Below are positions 41,543-51,377 of a stretch of DNA of 64,000 nt, in pieces (within the stretch, counting starts at the first letter, position 1; every line of letters begins with the position of its first letter). The stretch is from positions 3,360,001-3,424,000 of the forward strand of contig CAVOFT010000001.1 in the NCBI GenBank assembly GCA_963695095.1, given 5' to 3'. The notes beneath the pieces are model-generated. The model saw nothing but the letters and a program-made list of their open reading frames with translations. It was not told the DNA's origin and ran no database searches. The DNA is from an uncultured bacterium. GTDB taxonomy: Bacteria > Krumholzibacteriota > Krumholzibacteriia > JACNKJ01. The translations under genes and the position numbers were made by a program.

Positions 41543-42825
41543 ATGTCGTGTTGCGGAATCAAGCGCTGGATCGCCTTCGGGCTCGGACTGTCGATGCTGG
41601 CGAGCGCCTGCGCGCGCAACGAGGCCGCGGGGCCCGCGCCTAACCAGCCGCCGCAAGTCGCGCTCACCGCCGGCCCACCGGAAGGCGATCCGGACAGCAG
41701 CTACCGCGTGCACTTCGCCTGGAGCGGCAGCGACAGCGACGGCGAGGTCGATCGCTACGAGTACCTCATGACCAACGACGAGCTCACGGGGCCCCTGCTC
41801 ATCGACGCGGGCCTCTATGCCCGCCTGGCCGCGCTCGGCTACGCCTGGACCGCCACGGAGAACCACGAAGGCGATTTCGTCGTCGCGGCGGATGCGGTGC
41901 CGGATCTGAGCGAACCGGCGGACTCCATCTATTTCTATGGAGACCACTTCCTCTTCCATGCCCAGCACACCTTCTTCGTGCGGGCCGTGGATGACGACGG
42001 CGCCGTCTCCATCGTGCCCGCCTACCGCGGCTTCACCGCCACCACCCTGGCGCCGACGCTTCGCATCAACCGACCCACAGATCTGGGCGAGGTAGGCGGC
42101 TGGGATGACTTCGCGGCGGTCACGCTGTTCGCCTGGACGGGCAATGATTCCGTGGGCGACGGCACGGTGATCTTGCCGGACTCCAGCCGCTTCGCGCTGT
42201 TTGCGGCCGCGGATCTGCCCGGGCTGGAAACCGCAGGCCTCCTGCTCGAGCTGCCCGACAGCGCCTGGAGCCCCTGGCGCGCTTTCGGCGAGGATGTCCT
42301 GGAGAATCCCGCCGGCGGTCGCCATGCGCGCGTCGGCCCCCTCGTGCCCTACACCGGCGGCGAGGGCGGGCGCTACTGCTTCTTCGTCCAAGCCAAGGAC
42401 GAAGCGGGCGCCATCACCAGTCACTTCGCCGATGGCCGAAACCTGCGGCGTTTCCGGGCCCTGTCCAGCTTGACGCCCAGCATTGTCGTCAGCGAGCCCA
42501 CTTTCGGCAGCCGCGGATTCTACAGCGGCGACGGCGCGTGGGACCTCACGGTCTACGAGGGCTTCCGGCTCGAGCTGCACTGGCAGGGCCGTGCCGATGG
42601 CTACGGCGGCGAAGTGGACGGCTATCGCTACGGCTGGAATCTCGCCGACACCGGGGAGGAGGGCTCCTGGACCCACTGGTCGCTGGACTACACCTCGGTC
42701 GTCGCCGAACTCAGCCTCGGCGAGCATCGCTTCTATCTCCAGTGCCGGGACACGGCCGGCGGCATGACGATGGTGGAGATCTTCGTCGGCACATCCTCAC
42801 GGATATCATGGCGCTGCCGCGCTGA
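41543..42825 (+). CDS. Lipoprotein 2, shorter paralog of lipoprotein 1
   Basis: Lipobox LASA-C; colinear with the first ~410 aa of lipoprotein 1; runs to 42868 as sequenced, but one restored G at 42788 ends it GHILTDIMALPR at 42825. Confidence 0.8.
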
Positions 42826-42827
42826 GC
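42788..42827 (+). repeat. 40-bp direct repeat, copy 2
   Basis: Identical to 41406-41445. Confidence 0.95.
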
Positions 42828-42898
42828 GGAGCTGCCTTGGCGGCGGCCGCCGGGTCGAGGTCCACTAGAGCGCCAACGCGGTCTTGACGGTCCGCTCG

Positions 42899-43714
42899 CT
42901 AGTAGCGGTAGTCGTAGTAGTCGTAGGAGTAGTAGTAGGGCAGCACCTGCGTGGCGTTGTTGACCAGGGTGCCCAGCACCTGGATGCGCCCGTCGCGCAG
43001 GATGTCCACCGCGCGCTTGACCACGTCGCGCTGGGTGACCCCCGCCATGACGACGAAGATGACGCCGTCGGTTTCGGTGGCGATCTGGGCGGCGTCGCTG
43101 ACGGGCAGCACGGGCGGCGAGTCGAGAATGACCGTGTCGTAGTAGAACTTCAGCTCGCTGATGATGTTGGCGATGCGGTCGGCCTGAAGCAGTCCGGTGG
43201 GACTGGCCACGCGCTTGCCGCAGGTGATCACCTTCAGGTTCTCGAAGCGGGTGTCCTTGACCGTCTCGATGATGCCGCGCTCGCCGAGCAAGGCGTCGGC
43301 GAAGCCGTCGCGGGCGGGCAGCTCGAAGAATTCGTGCACGCGCGGGCGGCGCAGGTCGGCGTCCAGCAGCAGGGTCTTCGTGTTCCGGTAGCGGGCGATC
43401 GTGATGGCCATCATCGCCGCCGCCGTCGACTTGCCCTCGCCCTCCATCGCGCTGGTCATCAGGAAGCAGTGCTTGTTCTCCTGCTTCATGTGATAGCTCA
43501 GCTTCGCGTAGCTGCGGCGAAACTCCACCGCCACCGGGCTCTCCTCCTGGTAGACGGCATAGATGCTCCGCGTCTCGTCGGCGTTGCCCGGGATCGCCTC
43601 GTTGTTGGCCGGAGCGGAGGCGGGGCGCGCCTTCGCGCCGCCCTGGCGGCGCCGCTGGCGGCCGGACGGCTCGGGGGCGGCGGTATCGTTCTCGGCGGGC
43701 GTCTTGTCGCTCAC
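42899..43714 (-). CDS. BY tyrosine kinase (CpsD/CapB family)
   Basis: TSAMEGEGKST, LLDADLRRP, VILDSPP, C-terminal YYYSYDYYDYRY; GTG overlaps the Wzz stop. Confidence 0.92.
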   Translation of the reverse strand: MSDKTPAENDTAAPEPSGRQRRRQGGAKARPASAPANNEAIPGNADETRSIYAVYQEESPVAVEFRRSYAKLSYHMKQENKHCFLMTSAMEGEGKSTAAAMMAITIARYRNTKTLLLDADLRRPRVHEFFELPARDGFADALLGERGIIETVKDTRFENLKVITCGKRVASPTGLLQADRIANIISELKFYYDTVILDSPPVLPVSDAAQIATETDGVIFVVMAGVTQRDVVKRAVDILRDGRIQVLGTLVNNATQVLPYYYSYDYYDYRY

Positions 43715-45406
43715 GGCATCAGCTCCTCGGCGGCCTCGCGGTCGAGGTGCAGCTCGATCCGCGAGTTCATGCCCTTGATGAAGACCATGCTGCCCGCCAT
43801 TGCCATGGCGAAGACGATCATGGCCAGGATCCACAGCAGCGTGTTCTTGCGCCGTTGCTGGCGCGCCTTGCCCGGCCCGCGGGCCAGTGGCGGAATCGTG
43901 CCCAGCACGGGCACGCCGAGGTAGGCCTCGACATCCTTGACGTCGCCGAAGGAGCGGTTGAAGAACTCGAGCAGGAAGACCACCGCCAGGCCCGTGACCA
44001 GGCCGACGAGGACGAACATCACCTGGAGGCGCGGCTTGTTGGGCTTCACCGGCTTGATGGGCTTGACCGCCTGGTCGCGGACTTCGATGCGCGTGGCGAG
44101 CTGGCTCGACTGGATGGCGCGCGTGATCTGGGCGCTGGTCGACTGCTGCTGGAAGGCGTCCAGGAATTCGCGGTACTTGGACACCTCGGACTGTCGCCGC
44201 AGCAACTCGGCCTGGTAGGCCGGCTGCCCGCCCATGTTCTGGCGGTAGTTGGCCACGTAGCGAGTCAGGGTATCGACGATCTCCTGGAAGCTGCTCACCA
44301 GCATCAGGCGGTAGTAGTAGTTCACGATCAGCTCGCGCTCGCTGGGCGAGTTGCCGGCGTAGACCTGTCCCGCCAGCGTCGCCAGCCGATCGCGGTAGGC
44401 CTGCCGATCGGCGCCGACGCTGGCGTCCTCCACCAGGTCGGTCAGCGAGCCCTGGAGCCGCTGCTGGCCGAGGTAGGTGATCAGGTTCTGCAGCATGCTG
44501 TGGATCTGCTTGTTGTTCAGCGCGCGCAGGTCGCGGTCCGAGAGCAGGCGGTCGCTGGTGGGCACGACGCCGAAGCGGCCGCGCAGCTGCCGAACGGGTC
44601 TGGTCCACCTGGCTCTCGAGATTGGCCAGCTCCTGCTCGTAGCTGCGCATCACCTCCTGGGCCAGGATCACGTTGCCGGCGGAGACGGGGTTGCCCTCGG
44701 CCAGGGTCTGCTGCTGCGTCCCCTGGAAGCGCTCCAGCTCGGTCTCCGCCCGGTGCAGCTTCTCCTTGTAGATCGCCACCTGCTCGTCGCTGAAGTCCCC
44801 CTTGGCGGTCACTTCCGCCAGCTCCCGCTGCCGGCGCAGGTCGACGAACTTCTGGGTGATCACCCGATTCAGCAGGTAGGCGTTCGTGGGGTCGTGGTCC
44901 TGGGTGCGGATGTTGTAGACGCCGCCCGTACCCAGGAACGCCTCGGTGCGCTCGCGGACCTCCTCGGCCGCCAGTCGCCGCACCACGTCCTCGATATCGA
45001 GGCCGGCCAGCGGTCCGGTCACCAGGCGCTCGGCCTTCTCGCGCAGGATCGGCGTCTGATCCAGCGAGAGCGTCGCGATGATGTCGTCCAGGAAGTCCTG
45101 GTTGCGCAGATCGGCGCGTACGGCACCCAGATCCGCGACCTCCTGCTGGCGGCGGTTGGCCTGCTGGTCCAGAAGCATGGACAGGTCGCGGGTGAAGTTG
45201 GCGTCGTGCTGGATGGCCACCGAGCTGGTCGCCACGTAGGTGGGCGGAATCGTATTGACGCCGACGGCCGCGATCACCCAGGCCACGACGAGGGGCGCCA
45301 CCACCAGGTGCTTCTTGCGCCAGATGAGGCGCGGGTACTGGAGGGGATCGATTTCCCTCTTCTTCCCCTGCCCCAGCAGCTCCTTGAGGAGATCATCGGT
45401 AGCCAT
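43711..45406 (-). CDS. Polysaccharide co-polymerase (Wzz/GumC type); frameshift near 44590
   Basis: IWRKK + TM + PPTYVATS; long coiled coil; PIKPVKPNKP + TM + DVEAYLGVPVLGTIP + TM. Confidence 0.88.
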
Positions 45407-45445
45407 CGGCTCTCCTTGGCAATTCTCCGCCCGCCTCGGCGGGGC

Positions 45446-46817
45446 TCAAGATCCTTCCCGCGCCGGATGCCGCCGCGCGAGCAGGCCGCGCACGGCTTCG
45501 TCGGACGCAGGGAGCGTGCCGAGCAGGGAATCGGCCCTGGCCTCCAGGGCCAGGGAAAATGCCGCCAGCTGGCTGCCCGGCGTGTGCCGCGTGTTGCGCC
45601 GGCAGGCCTCGAAGAGCCGCGCCAGCGCCTTCGCCGTGAAGCGCGTCTCGCCGCGCTCGGCCCAGGTCATCGCCACGGCGAACTGGGCCTGCATGCCGTA
45701 GGCCGTGTAGGCCATGTCCGTCGCCGCCTCGCCCCAGCGCTGGCGGGCGCTGTCCCAGGTGCCCTGCCGGGCTTCGTAGAGGCCCCACAGGTAGAGGAAC
45801 TCGGCCCGCTCCTCCCGCTTCATCGTCTGTCGCCGCAGGCGCTCGAGCTGGGGCGGCACCTCGGCCAGGCGCCCGCGCGCCAGCAGAAAGCGCAGGTACT
45901 CGGTGCCGCCCGCCACCGCCGCCTCGCCCGTGCCGGCCGCCAAGCGCAGCAGCAGCGCCTCGGCCTCCGCCGGCCGGTCCAGATGCGCGGCGAGCAGGCG
46001 CGCGCGCTGCAGTTCGGCCCGCCAGGGCTCGCGCGCGGGGAAGTCCCGCGCCAGGTCCTGGAGCGCGGCCTCGGCCTCGGCCCAGCGGCCGAGGCGCAGC
46101 GCGACATCCGTCCAGGCCAGGAGGCCCTGGAAGGCCGGCTCCTCGCCCCGGTAGTCGCGGGCGAGGCGGGCGAAGACAGTCGCAGAGCAGCCCGGCGGTC
46201 TCCGCCGCCAGCGCCGAATCCGGCGCCGCCAGGGCGAGCTCGGCCATCTGCCCCGGCACGGCGAGCAGCTCGGCGTCCGGGTAGGCCGCATCGCCGGCGA
46301 TCAGGCCTGGCGCGATGGGCGCCAGCAGGCTCGCGTAGGCCGCGAGCGCCTCGCGCGGCCGGCCCATCTGGCGCAGGTAGCCGGCCAGGGTGGCGCGCAG
46401 GCGCCGCTCGGCGAGGGCGCCCAGGGGCAGATCCTCGCGCAGGGCGCCCTGCAAAGTGCCGACGGCCGCCTCCCGCTCGCCCAGTTCCCATTGAATGCCG
46501 GCCGCCCCGAGGGCGGCCATCGCTCCCACGCGCGCCAGCTTGACCTCCACGCCCTCGCGCTCGGCGATGGGCAGGGGACGCGGCAGCGCGGTCGGCGGAT
46601 TGTCCCGCGCCACGGCCAGGTAGCGCTCGATGCAGTCCTCGGCCAAGCTGCGGTTCGGGTAGATGTCCAGGCGCTCCTGAAGTCGCAGTGCCTGCCAGTA
46701 GGCCCGCTGGGCGCGATGCAGCCTGGCGTAGAGGTCCTGATCCTCGCCGCCGCAGGCGCTCGCCAGCAGGGCCGGGAGAACCAGGGCGCCTGCTGCCATC
46801 CTCCAGCGCGCGATCAC
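45446..46817 (-). CDS. TPR-like helical lipoprotein; frameshift near 46185
   Basis: Lipobox LLASA-C; helical repeats (EAALQDLARDFP, RPAEAEALL, LYLWG..E). Confidence 0.65.
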
Positions 46818-47288
46818 TGGCCTCCTGACCGGCCCTCGCCGCCCGCCGCTCGCCGCCGCGTGCGGGCGGGCCGTTTCTCGTGTCGGTAGTGACTGGGGAA
46901 GCGCTTGCGAAGGTAGGCCTCTACCGCCTCGATGCTGCGCAGTTCCACGTCGAAATCCCCGCGCAGGAAGTAGTCGCATTCGCCGAACTTGTGATCCCGG
47001 CAGACCTGCGGCCGCTTGTCGTAGATGCCGCAGGTGTAGTCGGCCTGGAGCTGATCGCAAACCGCATCGAGAACGACGAACCAGGAGCTGTCCTGCTTGA
47101 ACACCCAGGTGCTCTTGTGCGCGCAGTACCAGCGGATGTTCTCGAAGTCGGCGAGCGTGGTCGGCGCGTCGATCTCGATGGCCATGTAGGTGCAGCAGGT
47201 CGCCCGGCAGCGCTGGCAGGTCGCCAGGACCTGGCCGGACGGCCATGCGATCGGGATGCTGGGGAATGGGATCCTTGGGGTCAAACAT
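46814..47288 (-). CDS. YkgJ family cysteine-cluster (CxxCxxCC) protein
   Basis: CQRCRATCC ... CDQL...CGIYDKRPQVCRDH; start uncertain (ATG 47288 needs a shift). Confidence 0.85.
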
Positions 47289-47431
47289 CGCTGTCCGTCC
47301 GGGAAGTCTCCGGCCGCCGAGGCGCGGGACCGGGGAGTGCTGTCCATCCGCGCGGGGGGCTGGGGTCCGCGCGCCGCCCGCGCACTATAGTCCAAGCGCG
47401 GTCGCCTCACAACTGTCTTGGGAACACCTGC

Positions 47432-47992
47432 TCAGCGCAGGGGCGGGCCCTCCGGATCCTCGGGCAGGTCGGCATAGCGCTGATCCGGCCGCGGCCGCTG
47501 GTCCATCGGCCGCGCCATCAGGCTCGTGCGCCAGCGCTGGCGGAAGGCCTCGCGCTCGTCCTGGGGCCCGTACTCGAAGTACTCGCAGCAGTGGAAGATC
47601 TCGCGGATGTCCCGCGGCCGCAGGTTCTGGCCGAGGCGCCCGTGCAGGCAGTAGCCGCGCGAGCCGTTGCTCATGTCGCGGGCCATGCCCGAGAAGAGGA
47701 AGAACTGGCAGTTGCCGCAGGAGAGGATCTCGGCGCCCTGCTCGTCGAGCTGGGCCTGCAGGCACTGGAAGCTGTCGTAGTGATCGTAGCCCCGCCCCTC
47801 GGCCAGCACTTCCTGCTTCACCGTGAGCAGGGAGGCGATGTCGAAGCTCTTGAGCTCCAGGAAGAGCTCGCCGCCGCGTCCGGGCAACTCGGCCTCGCGG
47901 CGCTTCTTCATGAGAAAGGGCGAATAGTAGGAGAGCGTCCCTGTGAACTCCTGCCCGCGTTTGCGAATGCGCACGAGCTTCTCGCGGATCAT
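47432..47992 (-). CDS. Hypothetical Cys-cluster protein (loosely DUF6304-like)
   Basis: ggagg RBS before MIREK; LQAQL...SCGNCQF...GYCLH...HCCEYF. Confidence 0.6.
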   Translation of the reverse strand: MIREKLVRIRKRGQEFTGTLSYYSPFLMKKRREAELPGRGGELFLELKSFDIASLLTVKQEVLAEGRGYDHYDSFQCLQAQLDEQGAEILSCGNCQFFLFSGMARDMSNGSRGYCLHGRLGQNLRPRDIREIFHCCEYFEYGPQDEREAFRQRWRTSLMARPMDQRPRPDQRYADLPEDPEGPPLR

Positions 47993-48239
47993 CGACGGGA
48001 CCTCCCCACACCGGATGAGTCGGGGTTCTTCCGCAGCGCCACTCTTTTGCCGCCTCGGGGCGATCTTGGCAAGACCTTTCTTCAAGATTGCGCCGCATCC
48101 CGCTGTGATCGAACGAGTTATGGAGGCCAATCCACTAGATCTGGTAGCCGCTACCCACGCCTGACCACGAGGGACGGGGCCCCGTCACTTGGAACGATCC
48201 TGGCTTGGCCCCCGGCGTCCCCCCGATTCGGAGTCACGC

Positions 48240-48929
48240 ATGGGCCGCCACAGCCACGACGGGTTCCAGGCCAAGCGCGCCATGGAAGAAACGCTCATCG
48301 GCACCTGCGAGGCGCTGGGGCGCATGGTCGAGCTGCGCGATCCCTACACCAAGGGCCATTCGGTGCGCGTGGCGGCCATCGCCCTTCTCCTCGGCAAGCA
48401 TCTCGGCCGCTCGGCCGATGAGCTGCAGGGGCTGCAGCTGATGGGCCTGCTCCACGACATCGGCAAGGTGGGCATCCCGACCGAGATCCTCTCCAAGCCC
48501 TCGCGCCTGGGCCCCGAAGAGCTGGAGCTGATGCGCCAGCATCCGCAGATGGGCTACGACATCCTCAAGGACATCAGCTTCCCCTGGCCGGTGGCCGCCG
48601 CGGTGCTTCAGCACCACGAGCGGCTGGACGGCTCCGGCTACCCGCAGGGCCTCACCGGCGGCGACCTGATGTGGCAGGTGCGCACGCTCGCCGTGGCCGA
48701 TCTGCTCGAGGCCATGGCCACGGACCGCCCCTACCGGCCCGGCCTGGGCCTGGACCTCGCCCTGCGCGAACTCGAGCAGCAGCGCGGGCTGCTCTTCGAC
48801 GCCGAGATCGTGGACATCGCCCTCGCTGCCGCCACCCGCGGCGAGCTGGCCGCGCTTCTGGACAGGCGCCCCGAGCCGGCCCTCGTCGAGCCGGTCGGAC
48901 CCACGCCGGCCGGTTTTTCGCCCCGCTGA
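48240..48929 (+). CDS. Stand-alone HD-GYP phosphodiesterase
   Basis: RDPYTKGHS.RV, LHDIGK, HP..GYDIL, HHERLDGSGYP, AVAD..EAM...RPYR. Confidence 0.93.
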   Translation: MGRHSHDGFQAKRAMEETLIGTCEALGRMVELRDPYTKGHSVRVAAIALLLGKHLGRSADELQGLQLMGLLHDIGKVGIPTEILSKPSRLGPEELELMRQHPQMGYDILKDISFPWPVAAAVLQHHERLDGSGYPQGLTGGDLMWQVRTLAVADLLEAMATDRPYRPGLGLDLALRELEQQRGLLFDAEIVDIALAAATRGELAALLDRRPEPALVEPVGPTPAGFSPR

Positions 48930-49034
48930 CCGTTTCCCCTCGCCGAGCGATCCCCTATATTGTCGGCCGTACCCGGCTAATCGGGTATGAAAGTCTGCTG
49001 GGCGGCTCCGCCCGGCGAGCGCGAGGAGCGTGGC

Positions 49035-51377
49035 ATGGCGAGCAGCATCGAGTTCGGACCGCGGCGGGCGACCTACGTGCAGATCGGCGCGGGGTCGGGT
49101 CCCCTGAGCGACGCCCAGGCCGAGGCCTACGAGCGCTTCGACCTCATCTACCGCAGCCTCTGCGCCGTGCTCTTCAACTACGTGCCCACCTCGGGGCACC
49201 CGGGCGGCTCCATCTCGTCGGGCCGCTTCGTGGCCGGGCTCCTCTTCGGCGCCCTGGACTACGACCTCGCCGACCCCGAGCGCGACGACAACGACCTCGT
49301 CTCCTATGCCGCCGGCCACAAGGCGATGGGGCTCTACGCCATGTGGGCCCTGCGCAACGAGGTGGCCCGCCTGGCGGCGCCCGAGCTGCTGCCCGCCGAT
49401 GTCCGCCGCCAGCTGCGCCTCGAGGACCTGCTCGGCTTCCGCCGCAATCCCGCGACGACCCTGCCCCTCTTCACCCAGCACAGGGCCAAGGCCCTGGACG
49501 GGCACCCGACGCCCACCATGCCCTTCCTGCGCCTGGCCACCGGCGCCTCGGGCGTGGGCGTGGCCTCCTCGGTGGGCCTCGCCTTCGGCGCGCGGGATTA
49601 CTTCGGCGCCGACGCCCCGCGCGTGCATCTGGTGGAGGGCGAGGGCGGCATGACGCCCGGCCGCGTCGTCGAGGCGATGGCCGCGGCCAGCGCCGGCGGG
49701 CTGGACAACTGCCTGCTGCACATCGACTGGAATCAGGCCTCGATCGATTCCAACAAGGTTTGCCGCGAGGGCAGCACGCCGGGCGACTACGTCCAGTGGG
49801 ACCCGCGCGAGCTGGCCTGGCTGCACGACTGGAACGTGATCGAGGTGGCCGACGGCTTCGACCTGCAGCAGGTGCACGCCGCGCAGGCCAAGGCCCTGGC
49901 GATGGCGAACGGGCAGCCGACGGCGATGGTCTATCGCACGGTGAAGGGCTGGCGCTACGGCATCGAGGGCCGCGCCTCCCACGGCGCCGGCCACAAGTTC
50001 TGCTCCGACGAGTTCTACGCGACGCTGGCGCCGCTCTTCGACGGCAGCGGGCTCACGCCGCCGCGCTGCACGGGCGCCGACAGCGCCGAGGCCAGGGAGG
50101 CCGCCTACTGGGAGACTCTCGCCGCCATCCGCTCGCTGATGAGCCGCGAAGCGGGCATGCTGGCCGTGCTCGGCGGAGGGCTGCGCGCCGCGCAGAAGCG
50201 CCTGAGCGCACGGAAGCGCAAGCCGCGCGCCGGCGCCGGGGATATCGAAGCACTTCACCAGGCCGCGCGAAGCGCTCCAGTTGAGATCCCGGCGGAGATC
50301 GCCCCCAAGCTGGGCGGCTCGAGCACCCTGCGCGGCGAGCTGGGCAAGGTGCTGGGATGGTACAACCAGAAGAGCGGCGGCACGGTGATGGCCGCGGCCG
50401 CGGACCTGCTCGGCTCCACCAGCATCGACGCCACGGGCGCGGGCTTCCCCAAGGGCTTCTGGCATGCGACGGCGAACCCCGACTCGCGCATCCTCTCCCT
50501 GGGCGGCATCTGCGAGGACGGCATCAGCGGCATCCTGGCCGGGCTGTCCAGCTTCGGCCATCACATGGGGGTGGGCTCGAGCTACGGCGCCTTCATGGCG
50601 CCCTTGGGCCACATCGCAGCGCGGCTGCACTGCATCGGCAGCCAGGCCAAGCGCGACATGATCCCGGACTTCGCCTTCCGGCCCATGGTCCTGATCAGCG
50701 CGCATGCGGGCCTCAAGACCGGCGAGGACGGCCCCACGCACGCCGACCCCCAGGCCCTGCAGCTCTTGCAGGAGAACTTCGCGCCGGGCACGGCGGTGAC
50801 GCTCACCCCCTGGGATCCGCAGGAGCTCTGGCACCTGTTCACGGCGGCGCTGGCCGCGCGGCCGGCCTTCATCGCGCCCTTCGTGACGCGGCCGAATGAG
50901 CCGGTGCTGGACCGCGAGGCCCTCGGCCTCGCGCCCGCGCGCGCGGCGCGGCAGGGCGTCTACCGGCTGCGGGCGGCCAGGGGCGCGGGCGACGGCACGC
51001 TGGTGCTGCAGGGCAGCGAAGTGGCGAACGCCTTCGTGCTGGAGGCGCTGCCCAAGCTCGTCGCCGAGGGGATCGACCTGGACGTCTACTATATCGCCAG
51101 CGCCGAGCTCTTCGACCTGCTGCCGGCCGCCGAGCGCGAGAAGATCTTCCCGGCCGCCAAGGCCGATGAGGCGATGGGCATCACCGGCTTCACGCTGCCG
51201 ACGCTGTATCGCTGGGTGACCAGCGCGCGCGGGCGGGCGGCCAGCCTCTCGCCCTTCATGAAGGGCCACTACCTGGGCAGCGGCCAGGCGGACATGGTGA
51301 TGCTGCAGGCGGGCCTGGACGGGGCGAGCCAGGTCGAGGCCCTGCGAGCCTTCGTGCGCGAGCGCGCGGCCCGGTAG
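49035..51377 (+). CDS. Divergent transketolase-family ThDP enzyme
   Basis: SGHPGGS, AAGH, LDGHP, TGASGVG, GEG..DWN, ADLLGS, GICE, HAG..TGEDGPTH. Confidence 0.85.
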   Translation: MASSIEFGPRRATYVQIGAGSGPLSDAQAEAYERFDLIYRSLCAVLFNYVPTSGHPGGSISSGRFVAGLLFGALDYDLADPERDDNDLVSYAAGHKAMGLYAMWALRNEVARLAAPELLPADVRRQLRLEDLLGFRRNPATTLPLFTQHRAKALDGHPTPTMPFLRLATGASGVGVASSVGLAFGARDYFGADAPRVHLVEGEGGMTPGRVVEAMAAASAGGLDNCLLHIDWNQASIDSNKVCREGSTPGDYVQWDPRELAWLHDWNVIEVADGFDLQQVHAAQAKALAMANGQPTAMVYRTVKGWRYGIEGRASHGAGHKFCSDEFYATLAPLFDGSGLTPPRCTGADSAEAREAAYWETLAAIRSLMSREAGMLAVLGGGLRAAQKRLSARKRKPRAGAGDIEALHQAARSAPVEIPAEIAPKLGGSSTLRGELGKVLGWYNQKSGGTVMAAAADLLGSTSIDATGAGFPKGFWHATANPDSRILSLGGICEDGISGILAGLSSFGHHMGVGSSYGAFMAPLGHIAARLHCIGSQAKRDMIPDFAFRPMVLISAHAGLKTGEDGPTHADPQALQLLQENFAPGTAVTLTPWDPQELWHLFTAALAARPAFIAPFVTRPNEPVLDREALGLAPARAARQGVYRLRAARGAGDGTLVLQGSEVANAFVLEALPKLVAEGIDLDVYYIASAELFDLLPAAEREKIFPAAKADEAMGITGFTLPTLYRWVTSARGRAASLSPFMKGHYLGSGQADMVMLQAGLDGASQVEALRAFVRERAAR

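Noticed and set aside
38978..42727. 1249-aa minus-strand ORF, and similar long ORFs such as 48234..51599, 15907..18525, 2818..4827 and 30835..32877
   Set aside because: Shadow frames of well-supported genes in very GC-rich DNA; no recognisable motifs of their own
41406..42827. IS element or integron cassette
   Set aside because: No transposase, terminal inverted repeats or attC-type palindrome; kept only as a direct-repeat finding
42899..45406. Fused 835-aa Wzc
   Set aside because: The fusion arises from the indel near 44590; Wzz has its own stop at 43711 overlapping the kinase GTG
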